A DNA stretch of 32,000 nucleotides from Paenibacillus silvae. Its GTDB lineage: Bacteria > Bacillota > Bacilli > Paenibacillales > Paenibacillaceae. Positions 12,771 to 22,177 of this stretch are shown here, piece after piece. The stretch is taken from NCBI RefSeq assembly GCF_014639235.1, contig NZ_BMFU01000016.1, positions 1-32,000 of the forward strand. Direction: 5' to 3'. The position numbers and the translations under genes are program-made. Position 1 is the first letter of the stretch, and the number at the start of each line of letters is the position of its first letter. Under the pieces are notes generated by a model. It saw nothing but the letters and a program-made list of their open reading frames with translations, was not told the DNA's origin and did no database searches.

Positions 12771-15674
12771 TTAGCGCTGGCGTCCGGGGATGCGCCGGGT
12801 CAGGCGAAGCGCCCGGCGCAGGAAGTCGAGACTGTCCGCGCGCAGCGGACGGTCAGGGCCATACAGCAGCCGCTCCCAGTCGGCTGCAAAGCGCGCGATG
12901 TCCGCGCCGTCCGTGCCCGCGGCCACGGCGGGTGACGCTGCGTATTCCCGCAGCGTCATGCCCGGCGGCCGCGGGCCGTACCGGCGCGCAAGCGCGTGCC
13001 AGACCGGAGCGGCAGCCTGCAGCAGCCGCTCGCGGTCCGGGAAGCTGCTGCGCGGCCATGCCAGCAGCAGCCTGAGCCGCAGCGCAGGGCGAAGCCGCCT
13101 CGCGCTGGCCCATGCAGCGGCGCACAGCATCGCCGCTGCGGCTATTGCCGCGGCAGGCCATGGCGCCGCGGCCAATCCCCGTGCGCGCGCAGCCAGCCAC
13201 GCGCCCGCACGGTCCATTCCGCTGCCTGCACCCGGCAGCGGGGACCCATCGCCGGGCTGCAGCCCGGCGGAAGCCGTAGCGCTGGCATCACCCGCCTGCG
13301 CTGCATCAAACCCCGGCGTAGCCTCAAAAGGCATCCAGCCCACGCCGGGAAAATACACCTCCACCCAGGAATGGGCATCAGCCTGGGTGACAATGACACG
13401 CCCGGGGACCTGCGGGTCCGCTTGTCCGGGGGCGTAACCCTTCACCCAGCGTGCCGGAATGCCTTCAGCACGCAGCAGCACAACCATGGCGGTAGAGAAA
13501 TGGTTACAATATCCCGCCCGGGTTACAAACAGAAAATCATCAACAAAATCCCTGCCTCGCGGCGGCATCCGGGTATCCAGCGAGTAACGGGCATGCGCTT
13601 GCAAATAGCTGCGTACAGCTTGTACAGCGTCGTACCGCGTTTCACTCGTACCCATAATCTCGGCAGCCAGGTCCTTAACACGCTGCGGAAGCGTATCCGG
13701 CAGCTGCAAATCCTTTCTGCGGATGGAAGCCGGATCGACTAAATTCCCTTTGTTCCCGCCACTACCCTCCTGCACGCCTAGGCCGCCATCCTTCTTATCC
13801 GAGCCGGTGCTGCCTGTATCAGCGAGTACAATATCCATCTTCGCGTTCAAACCTGCATGCTGCTGTTCTTCCCCGCCATCGCCCCATTTCTCTGAACCCG
13901 CACGTTTTGTCTCATCATTCCTACTTTGCTTCTTATCCAAGCCCATGCTTCTTGTCGCAGCGAGCGTAATATCCACATTCTCGTTCAAACCAGCATACTG
14001 ACGTTCTACCCAACTCTCGCTCCACTTCTCTGTACCAGCACGTTTGGCCCCATCATAATCAATACTTTCCTCCTGAACCATACTCGCAGTTTGCTGTTCT
14101 TTAGCACCATTACCACTTAGGCCAACGTACTTTTCATCCCCACTAACGTAAATCCCGTCCACGCTAGTGCTCTTTGTCCTGTCTGAACCCGCATTTTTCA
14201 TTCTGTCCATACCCGCGCTCTGCCGAAGCACGTCTGGAGTTACATCCGGCACCATCACATCGACGGTGTAGTGCTGTACACGGGTCTGCCGATCCCCACC
14301 ACCCGCAAGCCACAAGGTACCTGTATCTTCACTCGACAGCAGTCGTTTCTCATTCTTGCCGTTAAGCGCGTTGCCATCTTGAAAAGACAAGCTTACCGGC
14401 AGACCTCCCGCAAACAGCGGATTAGGTGCTCGCCATTCCCTCTCCATCGTGATGATCTGACGAACCCTCTTCCAGTGCGGGTGCTCCTCCCATCCATCCG
14501 ATCGCAGCATTCCCGAGGAGTCTGCATAATGGAATCGCTGCTCCACATCACTCCATGCACTTCCGTTGTAATACGAGCGGGTTTCCCCGCGCCAATACGT
14601 AGATACAGGGGTGCTTGCGGTAAACACCGGCTCATTCCCCTGTACCAGCGGAGCCCCCATTGGTGCATCGACCGTGCTGTAGCCCGTCATACTCAAGGAG
14701 GCAGGGATACTTCCCGAAGGTGTATATCCTGCCCATTTAGCCAAACGTTCGACCGTGTCCATGACAGAAATATGCCTCGCAGGCGACACAACATTCATAC
14801 GTGCCGGAAGCATGGATATGAGGACCAGACAGGCAGTAGCTCCTAATGACACAGCAATCCAAGCCATACGTACCCTTCTTCGCATTGGACGGGAATTGTT
14901 CTTTTCACTTCTCGCCATCTTCCGATGTGTTCGATGAACAGCCCCATGTATATCCTGCGATTCCCTTACTGCTGCATCTCGCACCGCCGCTTCATGACCT
15001 GTCCCTTCAGAAAGCCGCAGCAGATACAGCAGACCTTGAATGGACAAGAGCCAGCATACAGAGCGCAACACCGAGCCATATGCCTCATATCCGACCAGAC
15101 TTTCCAGTAGAATCAGATAAACTAATGTGCCTGTACCAAACAACGAAATGCTGCGGCGCAGCAATACAAGGTACTGCACCGAAGCAAGCAGCATACTCCA
15201 GCCGCACAGCATAAACAAACCTCTCGTCTCACGGCTCATGACACGAAAACGGCCTTTGTCGATCCATTCGCCAAGATCGGCATTAAGCATGCCAGGGTAG
15301 GCTGTGCCCCACTCGAACGGATGACTGGCTCCATACATCAGACACAACGCAGCATAGATGAGCGGAAGGCGAATAAGAATACTGGCAACCCAGCCGGTTC
15401 TGTACAGGCCAACCGACAGCAAAACTGCCGAATAACCCGCCATTACCGCAGCGAATCGCTCACTGCCAATCTGACCGGAAGAAGTAACAGGATAGATCCA
15501 TTCCATGCATAAAAGGAACAGCCCCGCTGTAATCAGCCACAGATACAGAGCAGGTGCAGTTCCCTGGGCGGAGGAAGATAATGGCGATATCCCCTCCATA
15601 CGGTGGCCCTTGATCGTCTGCCCGGTAAAAGATACTGAGTCAGCTTCGTTCCTCTTGTTACGCTCCCACATCAA
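12771..15674 (-). CDS. transglutaminase-like membrane protein (YebA/TgpA-like, with DUF4129-like Ala/Arg-rich C-terminus)
   Basis: 967 aa. It has an N-terminal multi-TM region and a transglutaminase core: GYCNHFSTAMVVLLRAEGIPARWVKGY...DAHSWVEVYFPGVGWMPFEATPG (Cys-His-Asp triad context). It overlaps the DUF58 gene by 17 nt. Its position after MoxR and DUF58 and before guaA matches B. subtilis yebA. Confidence 0.9.
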   Translation of the reverse strand: MMWERNKRNEADSVSFTGQTIKGHRMEGISPLSSSAQGTAPALYLWLITAGLFLLCMEWIYPVTSSGQIGSERFAAVMAGYSAVLLSVGLYRTGWVASILIRLPLIYAALCLMYGASHPFEWGTAYPGMLNADLGEWIDKGRFRVMSRETRGLFMLCGWSMLLASVQYLVLLRRSISLFGTGTLVYLILLESLVGYEAYGSVLRSVCWLLSIQGLLYLLRLSEGTGHEAAVRDAAVRESQDIHGAVHRTHRKMARSEKNNSRPMRRRVRMAWIAVSLGATACLVLISMLPARMNVVSPARHISVMDTVERLAKWAGYTPSGSIPASLSMTGYSTVDAPMGAPLVQGNEPVFTASTPVSTYWRGETRSYYNGSAWSDVEQRFHYADSSGMLRSDGWEEHPHWKRVRQIITMEREWRAPNPLFAGGLPVSLSFQDGNALNGKNEKRLLSSEDTGTLWLAGGGDRQTRVQHYTVDVMVPDVTPDVLRQSAGMDRMKNAGSDRTKSTSVDGIYVSGDEKYVGLSGNGAKEQQTASMVQEESIDYDGAKRAGTEKWSESWVERQYAGLNENVDITLAATRSMGLDKKQSRNDETKRAGSEKWGDGGEEQQHAGLNAKMDIVLADTGSTGSDKKDGGLGVQEGSGGNKGNLVDPASIRRKDLQLPDTLPQRVKDLAAEIMGTSETRYDAVQAVRSYLQAHARYSLDTRMPPRGRDFVDDFLFVTRAGYCNHFSTAMVVLLRAEGIPARWVKGYAPGQADPQVPGRVIVTQADAHSWVEVYFPGVGWMPFEATPGFDAAQAGDASATASAGLQPGDGSPLPGAGSGMDRAGAWLAARARGLAAAPWPAAAIAAAAMLCAAAWASARRLRPALRLRLLLAWPRSSFPDRERLLQAAAPVWHALARRYGPRPPGMTLREYAASPAVAAGTDGADIARFAADWERLLYGPDRPLRADSLDFLRRALRLTRRIPGRQR

Positions 15675-17154
15675 CGATCCCCGCCTTCCCGCCGAGCAAA
15701 GTGCTGTTTGTCGCGATGGCTTCCTGACAGATCACACGTACACCCTTGGCTGCGAGACGGTCAGTCCATACTTGCAGCTGCTGCGCCCTTGCGGACGAAC
15801 CAGAAGCAGCCGAAGATGTATAGCCTGCGTTTATACCCGCTTCTGTTCGGAGTCGCTCTATCGTTTCCCCTTGTTCTGTCGGCCGTTTCCCTTCAAGCCG
15901 ATCTGTTCGCAAGGAAAACGCCAATCTCCCCTCGGCATGTTCTGAAGCTCCATAAGTGACGACAGGATGCTGCACTGCTTGACTTCCCGTTAGATGTACA
16001 CTGACCTGAAAGCCAAGCGTAGCAGCGTGTTCAAGCCAGCCAACCAGCCTTTCATCCAGCTGTCCAGTGAAAATAACGATGCTTGAACCGTACGAAAGCT
16101 GCTCCAGCCTGCTAACATCCAGCATAGATGAAGCCTCCGGCTGCTCTTTGCACAATCGGGCATACGCCAGTCGCCGTAATGCGTCGGCCATACCTTCATC
16201 AGCGCCACCATACCCTCGTCGCACGTCACCCGCAGCAGAGCTATGATTCGTACTGCCTTGTTTCCTTGACAGCTCTCCCCGCTCCACAGTTCTGTTTGCT
16301 CTGCTGCTCAGCTCATCTCCACTTAACCAGAGTTGGCAAGGCATCTGCGCATCGTCCGCCTCTTTGAGCCAGCTGGCAGCGCCACGCACTGCCTGTTCAA
16401 ATGCTTCATGCGCCTGACCCTCCGACTCGTTGTCTTCGTAACCCGAGCTTTCCTCGTAAACGATAATGGCCAGCGAGGTGCGCTGTGAAATTTCGGGAAT
16501 CAGCGTGTGCAGTCTTCCGGTCCGGGCGGTGCTCTTCCAATGGATCCGGTTAAATGCATCTCCCTGCTGATATTCCCGAATTTCTAGTCCAGGCGGTCCC
16601 AGCAGCTGTGAATGCACCACCCTACCTTCTCCATGGCTCCCCCAACTCTCAGGCCAGATCGATACCTCGCTATATCCGCCATCTGGTACGACTACAAGCG
16701 GCTCTTCACCTTCCAGAAGGGCACAGGCCTTGCTCCATCCAAAAACGTCGCCCCAATATATTCGTCCTTCCTCCCACACATGCACGCCACGAGCAAGCCC
16801 CGTGATCTCGTATTGATAAGACCATTGTCTCTTCATGCCGGGAAAAAGCAGCTTGCGATGCACCCCTGCGGGTGTATTGTCGCAAACGACCAGCCATAGC
16901 AGCGGAAGGGCACAGCGGAATTCCAGATGCACCTGAACCCGCAAGCTCTCACCTGCCACAATATGCCCCGGACGTCTATGCCGTTGTATATGAACTTGAC
17001 GAGGACCGAAGAGCTGCAGAACAATTCCGTATATTACAACCAGAACCGATATGGCAGCCAGGAATAAAGTGGATTTTCCTCCGTGCCACAGATACACGCC
17101 GATTAGAAGAATCGCTATCAGCACTTGAGCTGCGCTTCCGCGAATGCCACTCAT
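15658..17154 (-). CDS. DUF58-domain protein (YeaD-like, vWA-related partner of MoxR)
   Basis: 498 aa with two N-terminal TM helices and the DUF58 signature LEIREYQQGDAFNRIHWKSTARTGRLHT. A 4-nt ATGA overlap with the MoxR stop indicates translational coupling. Confidence 0.85.
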   Translation of the reverse strand: MSGIRGSAAQVLIAILLIGVYLWHGGKSTLFLAAISVLVVIYGIVLQLFGPRQVHIQRHRRPGHIVAGESLRVQVHLEFRCALPLLWLVVCDNTPAGVHRKLLFPGMKRQWSYQYEITGLARGVHVWEEGRIYWGDVFGWSKACALLEGEEPLVVVPDGGYSEVSIWPESWGSHGEGRVVHSQLLGPPGLEIREYQQGDAFNRIHWKSTARTGRLHTLIPEISQRTSLAIIVYEESSGYEDNESEGQAHEAFEQAVRGAASWLKEADDAQMPCQLWLSGDELSSRANRTVERGELSRKQGSTNHSSAAGDVRRGYGGADEGMADALRRLAYARLCKEQPEASSMLDVSRLEQLSYGSSIVIFTGQLDERLVGWLEHAATLGFQVSVHLTGSQAVQHPVVTYGASEHAEGRLAFSLRTDRLEGKRPTEQGETIERLRTEAGINAGYTSSAASGSSARAQQLQVWTDRLAAKGVRVICQEAIATNSTLLGGKAGIVDVGA

Positions 17155-18143
17155 GCCCTGCGTCCCCTTCCTTGTCCGCCCATCTGTACAGGCACCGGCA
17201 CGGAAGATAATACTTCACGGATGACCTGCTCCTGTACCTCACTGCTGTCGGCTCTGTTTACCAATTTCAGCTGGATCCGATGAGATAGCACTGGCACGGC
17301 GAGGGATTGCACATCATCCGGTACAACGTAGCTGCGTCCCTGCGCATAGGCATATGCCTGCGCTGCTGTCATCCATGCCAGCGTTCCCCTTGGACTGATA
17401 CCCAGCCGTACCGCATCATGTGCTCTCGTAGCTACAGCTACACCTACAAGATATTGCTTGATCACTGTATCCACGTGCACCTGCCTGACTTCACGCTGCA
17501 TCGCCACAACTTCCTCGGCCAGCATTATCGGATGCATATTCTCCAGCATCTCCTGGCTCCGCACTCGAGACAGCAGCTCTACTTCCTGCTCAGGCTCAGG
17601 ATATCCCAGCGTGATCCGCATCATAAACCGGTCCAGCTGCGCTTCAGGCAGACGATATGTGCCTTCGAATTGAAGCGGGTTCTGCGTTGCCAGCAGCAGA
17701 AACGGTCTGGGCAATGTATGGGTCGTACCATCCACAGTCACGCTGCGCTCCTCCATCGCTTCCAATAAAGAAGACTGCGTCCGCGGGGAAGCACGGTTAA
17801 TCTCATCTGCGAGCACAATATTGTTCATCAGCGGCCCGGGTCTGAATCTGAACTCTCCTGCCTGTACATGATATATGGATACTCCCGTTACATCGGCTGG
17901 CATCACATCTGGCGTGCACTGGATACGCCCCATAGCACAATTTAACGAAGAAGCCACCGTACGGATCAGCATCGTTTTGCCAGTGCCCGGCACATCCTCA
18001 AGCAGCACATGACCTTCACTAAGCATAGCGGCGATAATATATTGAATTTCCTGTTTCTTGCCGATGATGACATCGGCAATTCGATTGCCAAGCCTGTTCA
18101 ACAGTTCAACAGCATATTCATGCTCTATTCGAATCTTGCTCAT
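17151..18143 (-). CDS. MoxR-family AAA+ ATPase (YeaC-like)
   Basis: 330 aa. Motifs: HVLLEDVPGTGKTML (Walker A), VLADEINRASPRTQSSLLEAMEE (Walker B/sensor), and the LATQNP motif typical of the AAA_3/MoxR family. Confidence 0.92.
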   Translation of the reverse strand: MSKIRIEHEYAVELLNRLGNRIADVIIGKKQEIQYIIAAMLSEGHVLLEDVPGTGKTMLIRTVASSLNCAMGRIQCTPDVMPADVTGVSIYHVQAGEFRFRPGPLMNNIVLADEINRASPRTQSSLLEAMEERSVTVDGTTHTLPRPFLLLATQNPLQFEGTYRLPEAQLDRFMMRITLGYPEPEQEVELLSRVRSQEMLENMHPIMLAEEVVAMQREVRQVHVDTVIKQYLVGVAVATRAHDAVRLGISPRGTLAWMTAAQAYAYAQGRSYVVPDDVQSLAVPVLSHRIQLKLVNRADSSEVQEQVIREVLSSVPVPVQMGGQGRGRRA

Positions 18144-18246
18144 TGGACTGAACTCTCCTTCCCTGCTACTGAATCCTGATTATCTTAATCTATGATTCAT
18201 TGTTGCCCGGAAGTAGAGAGAATAGTCAGAAGATTGGCCGTTTCTT

Positions 18247-19545
18247 TCAAAGAAATGAAAAGGAATGCCTGTAATCCATAGACGTCCAGGGCGGGTCCAC
18301 GGTGATTACCCACTCGCTGTCTCCGGACTGCACCATATACTGCTTCGCTCCAAGCTGCTCCATCAAATCGCCCGCAGCTACCCAGATCGTGCCTTCATTA
18401 CTCTCCATTAAGGCATGTACCGAGTGTCCACTTTGCTCATGCAAACGCTTGGACGTCATTGTGCCCATGGCTGGATTGATCTGCACGATTCGATCCTTCC
18501 ACCAGGTGGTAGCGGTACCTGCAGCCTGATCCCAACTAATGCTTCCTCCCAGCTTGTTGATATAAGTGCGTAGAGGAACAAGCACATTCTGGTCTTTAAC
18601 GCGATATTCATCCGGCTGAAGGTTGACGGTCATGTATCCCAGCTCGATCTTCAGCGGTTTGGCTGAAGCCCACTGCGATGCGTTTGCGTCCACGTGTTTG
18701 GCAATCCAGGCAGCATCTGGAGAAGGTCTATTTTTAAATTTCGCCGCAGGTTTGACCTGGAATTGCACAGGCTCATCCGAAGACTGCATGACTTCAAAGC
18801 GATACCCCTGCTGCTTGTAATATTGAATAACATCCGGCAGAGCCTTCACCGTTTCGGCATGTGCTCCTCCGTCATGCATCAGAACCAGTGCATTTGACGT
18901 TCCTGCCGGGACCGCTGTAGCATGAGCGACAATTTCGGCAGCAGGCACATTTCGCCGCTTGGAGTCGCCGCTGTCCACGTTCCAGTCCATGACAGCGTAT
19001 CCTCCCCTTTTTAACAGGTCAAAATAAGTATAGTCAAAGTGGCCATAGGTTCCTCCAGGTGCTCTGACCAGTGCAGGCCGAATGCCAATAATGCTGTGAA
19101 TGATATCCTCCGTGCGTTTGATCTGCTGCCAGAAGGATGGATAATTCCGATACAGCTCGCTATATTCATGGTTATATGTATGATTGCCGATAGCATGTCC
19201 TTCCCGGTGAATTCGTTTTATCATTTCAGGCTTCCGCTCCGCTTGCTGTCCCAACACAAAAAAGGTGGCCTTCACCCCGGCATCACGTAAAATATCCAGC
19301 ACCTCCGGCGTATGTTTGCCGGGTCCATCGTCAAAACTCAGGTAGACCACCTTGTGTGTCTTATCGTTTTTTGCCGCCGCTGCGGCAGATGATGCGCCAG
19401 CTCCAAGCATGCCTGTCAACAGTATTACAGTGAGTAAACAGCCTATGGACAGACGCTGCCACATGCGCACTTTTTCACAGACAAATGAAGCATGTTGATC
19501 AAGCTGCCCGTTCCGTTCCATCCACAATTGCGACCCGTACGCCAT
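18247..19545 (-). CDS. secreted polysaccharide deacetylase (NodB domain) with C-terminal copper-amine-oxidase-N-like stalk domain
   Basis: NodB motifs VYLSFDDGPG, GNHTYNH and LVRAPGG. A signal/TM segment is LSIGCLLTVILLTGMLGAGASSAAA. The C-terminal ~110 aa resemble the Cu_amine_oxidN1 repeat (LVPLRTYINKLGGSISWD). The ATG at 19545 follows a GGAGG; the ORF track starts 21 nt further upstream at a GTG. Confidence 0.85.
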   Translation of the reverse strand: MAYGSQLWMERNGQLDQHASFVCEKVRMWQRLSIGCLLTVILLTGMLGAGASSAAAAAKNDKTHKVVYLSFDDGPGKHTPEVLDILRDAGVKATFFVLGQQAERKPEMIKRIHREGHAIGNHTYNHEYSELYRNYPSFWQQIKRTEDIIHSIIGIRPALVRAPGGTYGHFDYTYFDLLKRGGYAVMDWNVDSGDSKRRNVPAAEIVAHATAVPAGTSNALVLMHDGGAHAETVKALPDVIQYYKQQGYRFEVMQSSDEPVQFQVKPAAKFKNRPSPDAAWIAKHVDANASQWASAKPLKIELGYMTVNLQPDEYRVKDQNVLVPLRTYINKLGGSISWDQAAGTATTWWKDRIVQINPAMGTMTSKRLHEQSGHSVHALMESNEGTIWVAAGDLMEQLGAKQYMVQSGDSEWVITVDPPWTSMDYRHSFSFL

Positions 19546-19790
19546 GTATGAATCAACCTCCAGCACTCTAGTGATTTTGCTGATAGACTTCAGCAGATTT
19601 GTTAGAATTATATGGAGGCGGATCGCAAAAAAGACTCATTTGAACGATAATTTTGCAATATTTGTTGCCGCTTGCTGCATACAGGAATTGATTCTTGTCC
19701 AACATTTCGGTAGCATTAGAAAATAACGAACATATAGGGGCGCGGGGCAGTGAATAGCGCCTGTCTGATGTATTTGAGGACGCCGGGAGT

Positions 19791-20456
19791 GTGAACCTAT
19801 TGGAACTACTTGAGAAGATCCAGCAGTTGTTCGGGTCTTACGGATATAGCGTAATGTTTTTTGGTCTGCTGCTGGAGTTTATCGCCCTCCCCTTTCCTGG
19901 AGAAACGACAATGGCATATGCAGGATATTTATCGTACAGAGGACAGCTGGACTTCGGCACACTTGTTATACTCGCCTTTCTTGGAACGACCATAGGCATG
20001 ACGATTACGTATTTCATCGGAGCCCGAACGGGGCTTCCCTTTATTATGCGATATGGCAAATGGTTTTTCTTCAAGCCGGACAAGCTGGACAAAACACAGA
20101 AATGGTTTGCCAAATACGGCAACGGATTGATTTTTATCGGATACTTCATCCCCGGTGTTCGTCACTTCACGGGATACTTCTCTGGCATTGCTGCAATTCC
20201 GTTTCGCAAGTTTGCTCTCTATGCCTACTCTGGCGCCCTGTTCTGGGTGGTGCTGTTCCTTGGCATCGGCAAACTGTTCGGCCCTGGCTGGAGTGCAATA
20301 TTCCAGCTGGCTCACCAGTATACTGCTGTCATTCTTGCAGTCATTGGTGTAGTGCTGATCATCGCCGTGATCTATCGTTATCGTCGCAGCTTGTCTAGAA
20401 GCAATACTCGCAAAGCGGTAACCGTTCGCCAAAGACAAAAGCAAAATGCAGACTAG
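19791..20456 (+). CDS. DedA-family (SNARE-associated) membrane protein
   Basis: 221 aa. YGYSVMFFGLLLEFIALPFPGETTMAYAGYL...GYFIPGVRHFTGYFSGI is the typical DedA core. GTG start. Confidence 0.85.
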   Translation: MNLLELLEKIQQLFGSYGYSVMFFGLLLEFIALPFPGETTMAYAGYLSYRGQLDFGTLVILAFLGTTIGMTITYFIGARTGLPFIMRYGKWFFFKPDKLDKTQKWFAKYGNGLIFIGYFIPGVRHFTGYFSGIAAIPFRKFALYAYSGALFWVVLFLGIGKLFGPGWSAIFQLAHQYTAVILAVIGVVLIIAVIYRYRRSLSRSNTRKAVTVRQRQKQNAD

Positions 20457-20487
20457 AAAGCACCTTATAGTCTGCTTCTTCCTGAAA

Positions 20488-20517
20488 GAAGTCGTGCTCT
20501 CACGGCTTCTTTTTTTT
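20488..20517 (+). terminator. rho-independent terminator after dedA
   Basis: GAAGTCGTG-CTCT-CACGGCTTC followed by TTTTTTTT. Confidence 0.7.
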
Positions 20518-20577
20518 GTGGATTCATGACATACTGCGACCCCAGGCTCCCGCCAGAAAAGTAAACATTCTTTTTTT

Positions 20578-20607
20578 TCATAAACTGGAACACTCCCGGT
20601 CATACTA
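20578..20607 (+). promoter_or_regulatory. candidate forespore (sigma-G/F-type) promoter of the ger operon
   Basis: TCATA (20578-20582), 18 nt, CATACTA (20601-20607), resembling the sigma-G consensus GnATA-17/18-CATnnTA, 35 nt upstream of gerA-type ATG. Germinant-receptor operons are classically sigma-G dependent. Confidence 0.35.
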
Positions 20608-20641
20608 CTTGCAAATATAGGATGATTGAGGAGGGAAGCCC

Positions 20642-22156
20642 ATGGCTGCGGATACACAGATTCAGCACGATACACAGCTTATTCACCCGAACCTGGAAGA
20701 AAATACAAAATACTGCAAAACGATATTGGGGAATAGCAATGACCTGATGATCCGCCCGCTGCAAAGCCTGCATAAGTGGCCCTCTGTATTGTTATACATC
20801 GACGGTCTTGTGGATGTACAGATTCTAAACCTTGCCATTCTGCAACCTCTGCTGCAGGAGCGCAGCTTGCCTGATTTTTCTGCAGATGACGAGCATCTGT
20901 CCTACATTCAGAATGATATTCTCACGGCCAGTGAAGTGCTCTATATCGACAATATGGATGATGTTACGGAGGCGCTATTGGCTGGTGATGCGATTCTGCT
21001 GCTGGAGGGCTCCTCGCGGGGACTCAAGATTGGAGCTGCGGGCTGGGAGGACCGTCCGGTTGGCGAGCCCATTTCACAAACGGTTGTACGTGGCCCGATG
21101 GAGGGGTTCACTGAAAACCTGCGCACGAATACCGCTCTGCTTCGTAAACGGATTCGTGACCCTCAATTGTGGATTGAAGAGCGAATCATTGGACGTGTTA
21201 CAAAGACTCGTGTAGCTGTTGCCTATCTGGAGCACACCGTTAACGTGGAGGTTGTAGAGGAGCTTCGCAGAAGACTGGACCAGATTGATATTGATGGCAT
21301 TTTGGAGAGCGGCTATATTGAGGAGCTGATTCAGGACAAAACGATGACCATTTTCCCAACGGTGTATAATAGCGAACGCCCCGATACGGTATCGGCTGCC
21401 CTGCTTGAAGGGCGAGTTGCCATTATCGTGGACGGAACACCGTTTGTTCTGTTGGCCCCTGCCCTCTTCGTGCATTTCTTCCAATCTCCCGAAGACTATT
21501 ACCAAAGGGCTGACATCAGTACACTCGTTCGCATGCTGCGATATTTATCCTTTCTGATCGCCATGCTCGCACCTTCCTTTTATATTGCCATTACGACCTA
21601 TCATCAGGAGATGCTGCCCACCAACCTGTTGATCAGCCTGGCTGCCCAGCGTGAAGGTGTGCCCTTTCCCGCCTTTATTGAAGCGGTTCTGATGGAATTA
21701 ACATATGAAATTTTGCGAGAAGCAGGCATTCGTATTCCGAAAACGGTCGGGCAGGCTGTATCCATTGTCGGAACACTGGTCATCGGACAGGCTGCCGTTG
21801 ATGCAGGTGTTGTCTCGGCAGCAATGGTGATTATCGTGTCCATTACGGCAATCTCCAGTTATGTCATTCCGGAGAACGGATTATCGATTTCCGTGCGCAT
21901 TTTACGTTTTGTTCTAATGATGCTTGCCGCTGCCTTTGGATTCTACGGTATTTTGCTTGTATTGCTCATTACGCTGACTCATCTTTGCAGCTTGCGGTCT
22001 TTTGGTGTCCCCTACATGTCGCCATTTGCACCATTCATTCAAAATGATCTGAAGGATACGCTGTTCCGTGTGCCTTGGTCCCATATGAAAACACGTCCAT
22101 TGTCCTCCGGCACATCCAACGTCACTCGACAAGTAACTAAAAAAACGAAGCGATAG
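20642..22156 (+). CDS. spore germinant receptor A subunit (GerA/GerKA family)
   Basis: 504 aa. An N-terminal soluble domain (NSNDLMIRPL...LLYIDGLVD) is followed by 5-6 TM helices, the typical GerA family layout. A GGAGGG Shine-Dalgarno is present. Confidence 0.9.
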   Translation: MAADTQIQHDTQLIHPNLEENTKYCKTILGNSNDLMIRPLQSLHKWPSVLLYIDGLVDVQILNLAILQPLLQERSLPDFSADDEHLSYIQNDILTASEVLYIDNMDDVTEALLAGDAILLLEGSSRGLKIGAAGWEDRPVGEPISQTVVRGPMEGFTENLRTNTALLRKRIRDPQLWIEERIIGRVTKTRVAVAYLEHTVNVEVVEELRRRLDQIDIDGILESGYIEELIQDKTMTIFPTVYNSERPDTVSAALLEGRVAIIVDGTPFVLLAPALFVHFFQSPEDYYQRADISTLVRMLRYLSFLIAMLAPSFYIAITTYHQEMLPTNLLISLAAQREGVPFPAFIEAVLMELTYEILREAGIRIPKTVGQAVSIVGTLVIGQAAVDAGVVSAAMVIIVSITAISSYVIPENGLSISVRILRFVLMMLAAAFGFYGILLVLLITLTHLCSLRSFGVPYMSPFAPFIQNDLKDTLFRVPWSHMKTRPLSSGTSNVTRQVTKKTKR

Positions 22157-22177
22157 TGTAGTCAGGAGAAAAAAGTG

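Noticed and set aside
12790-13742. Long ORFs on both strands (215, 248, 115 and 85 aa) in the GC-rich segment
   Set aside because: High GC suppresses stop codons. The products are Arg/Ala/Pro-rich nonsense. The region is fully accounted for by the 3' end of the transglutaminase-like gene, whose frame carries recognisable TM and DUF4129-like features.
19929-20675. 248-aa minus-strand ORF overlapping dedA and the ger promoter region
   Set aside because: It is antisense to a well-supported DedA gene, spans a terminator and an intergenic region, and has no Shine-Dalgarno or recognisable domains. The 256-aa minus-strand ORF at 29470-30240, antisense to the LCP gene, is rejected for the same reasons.
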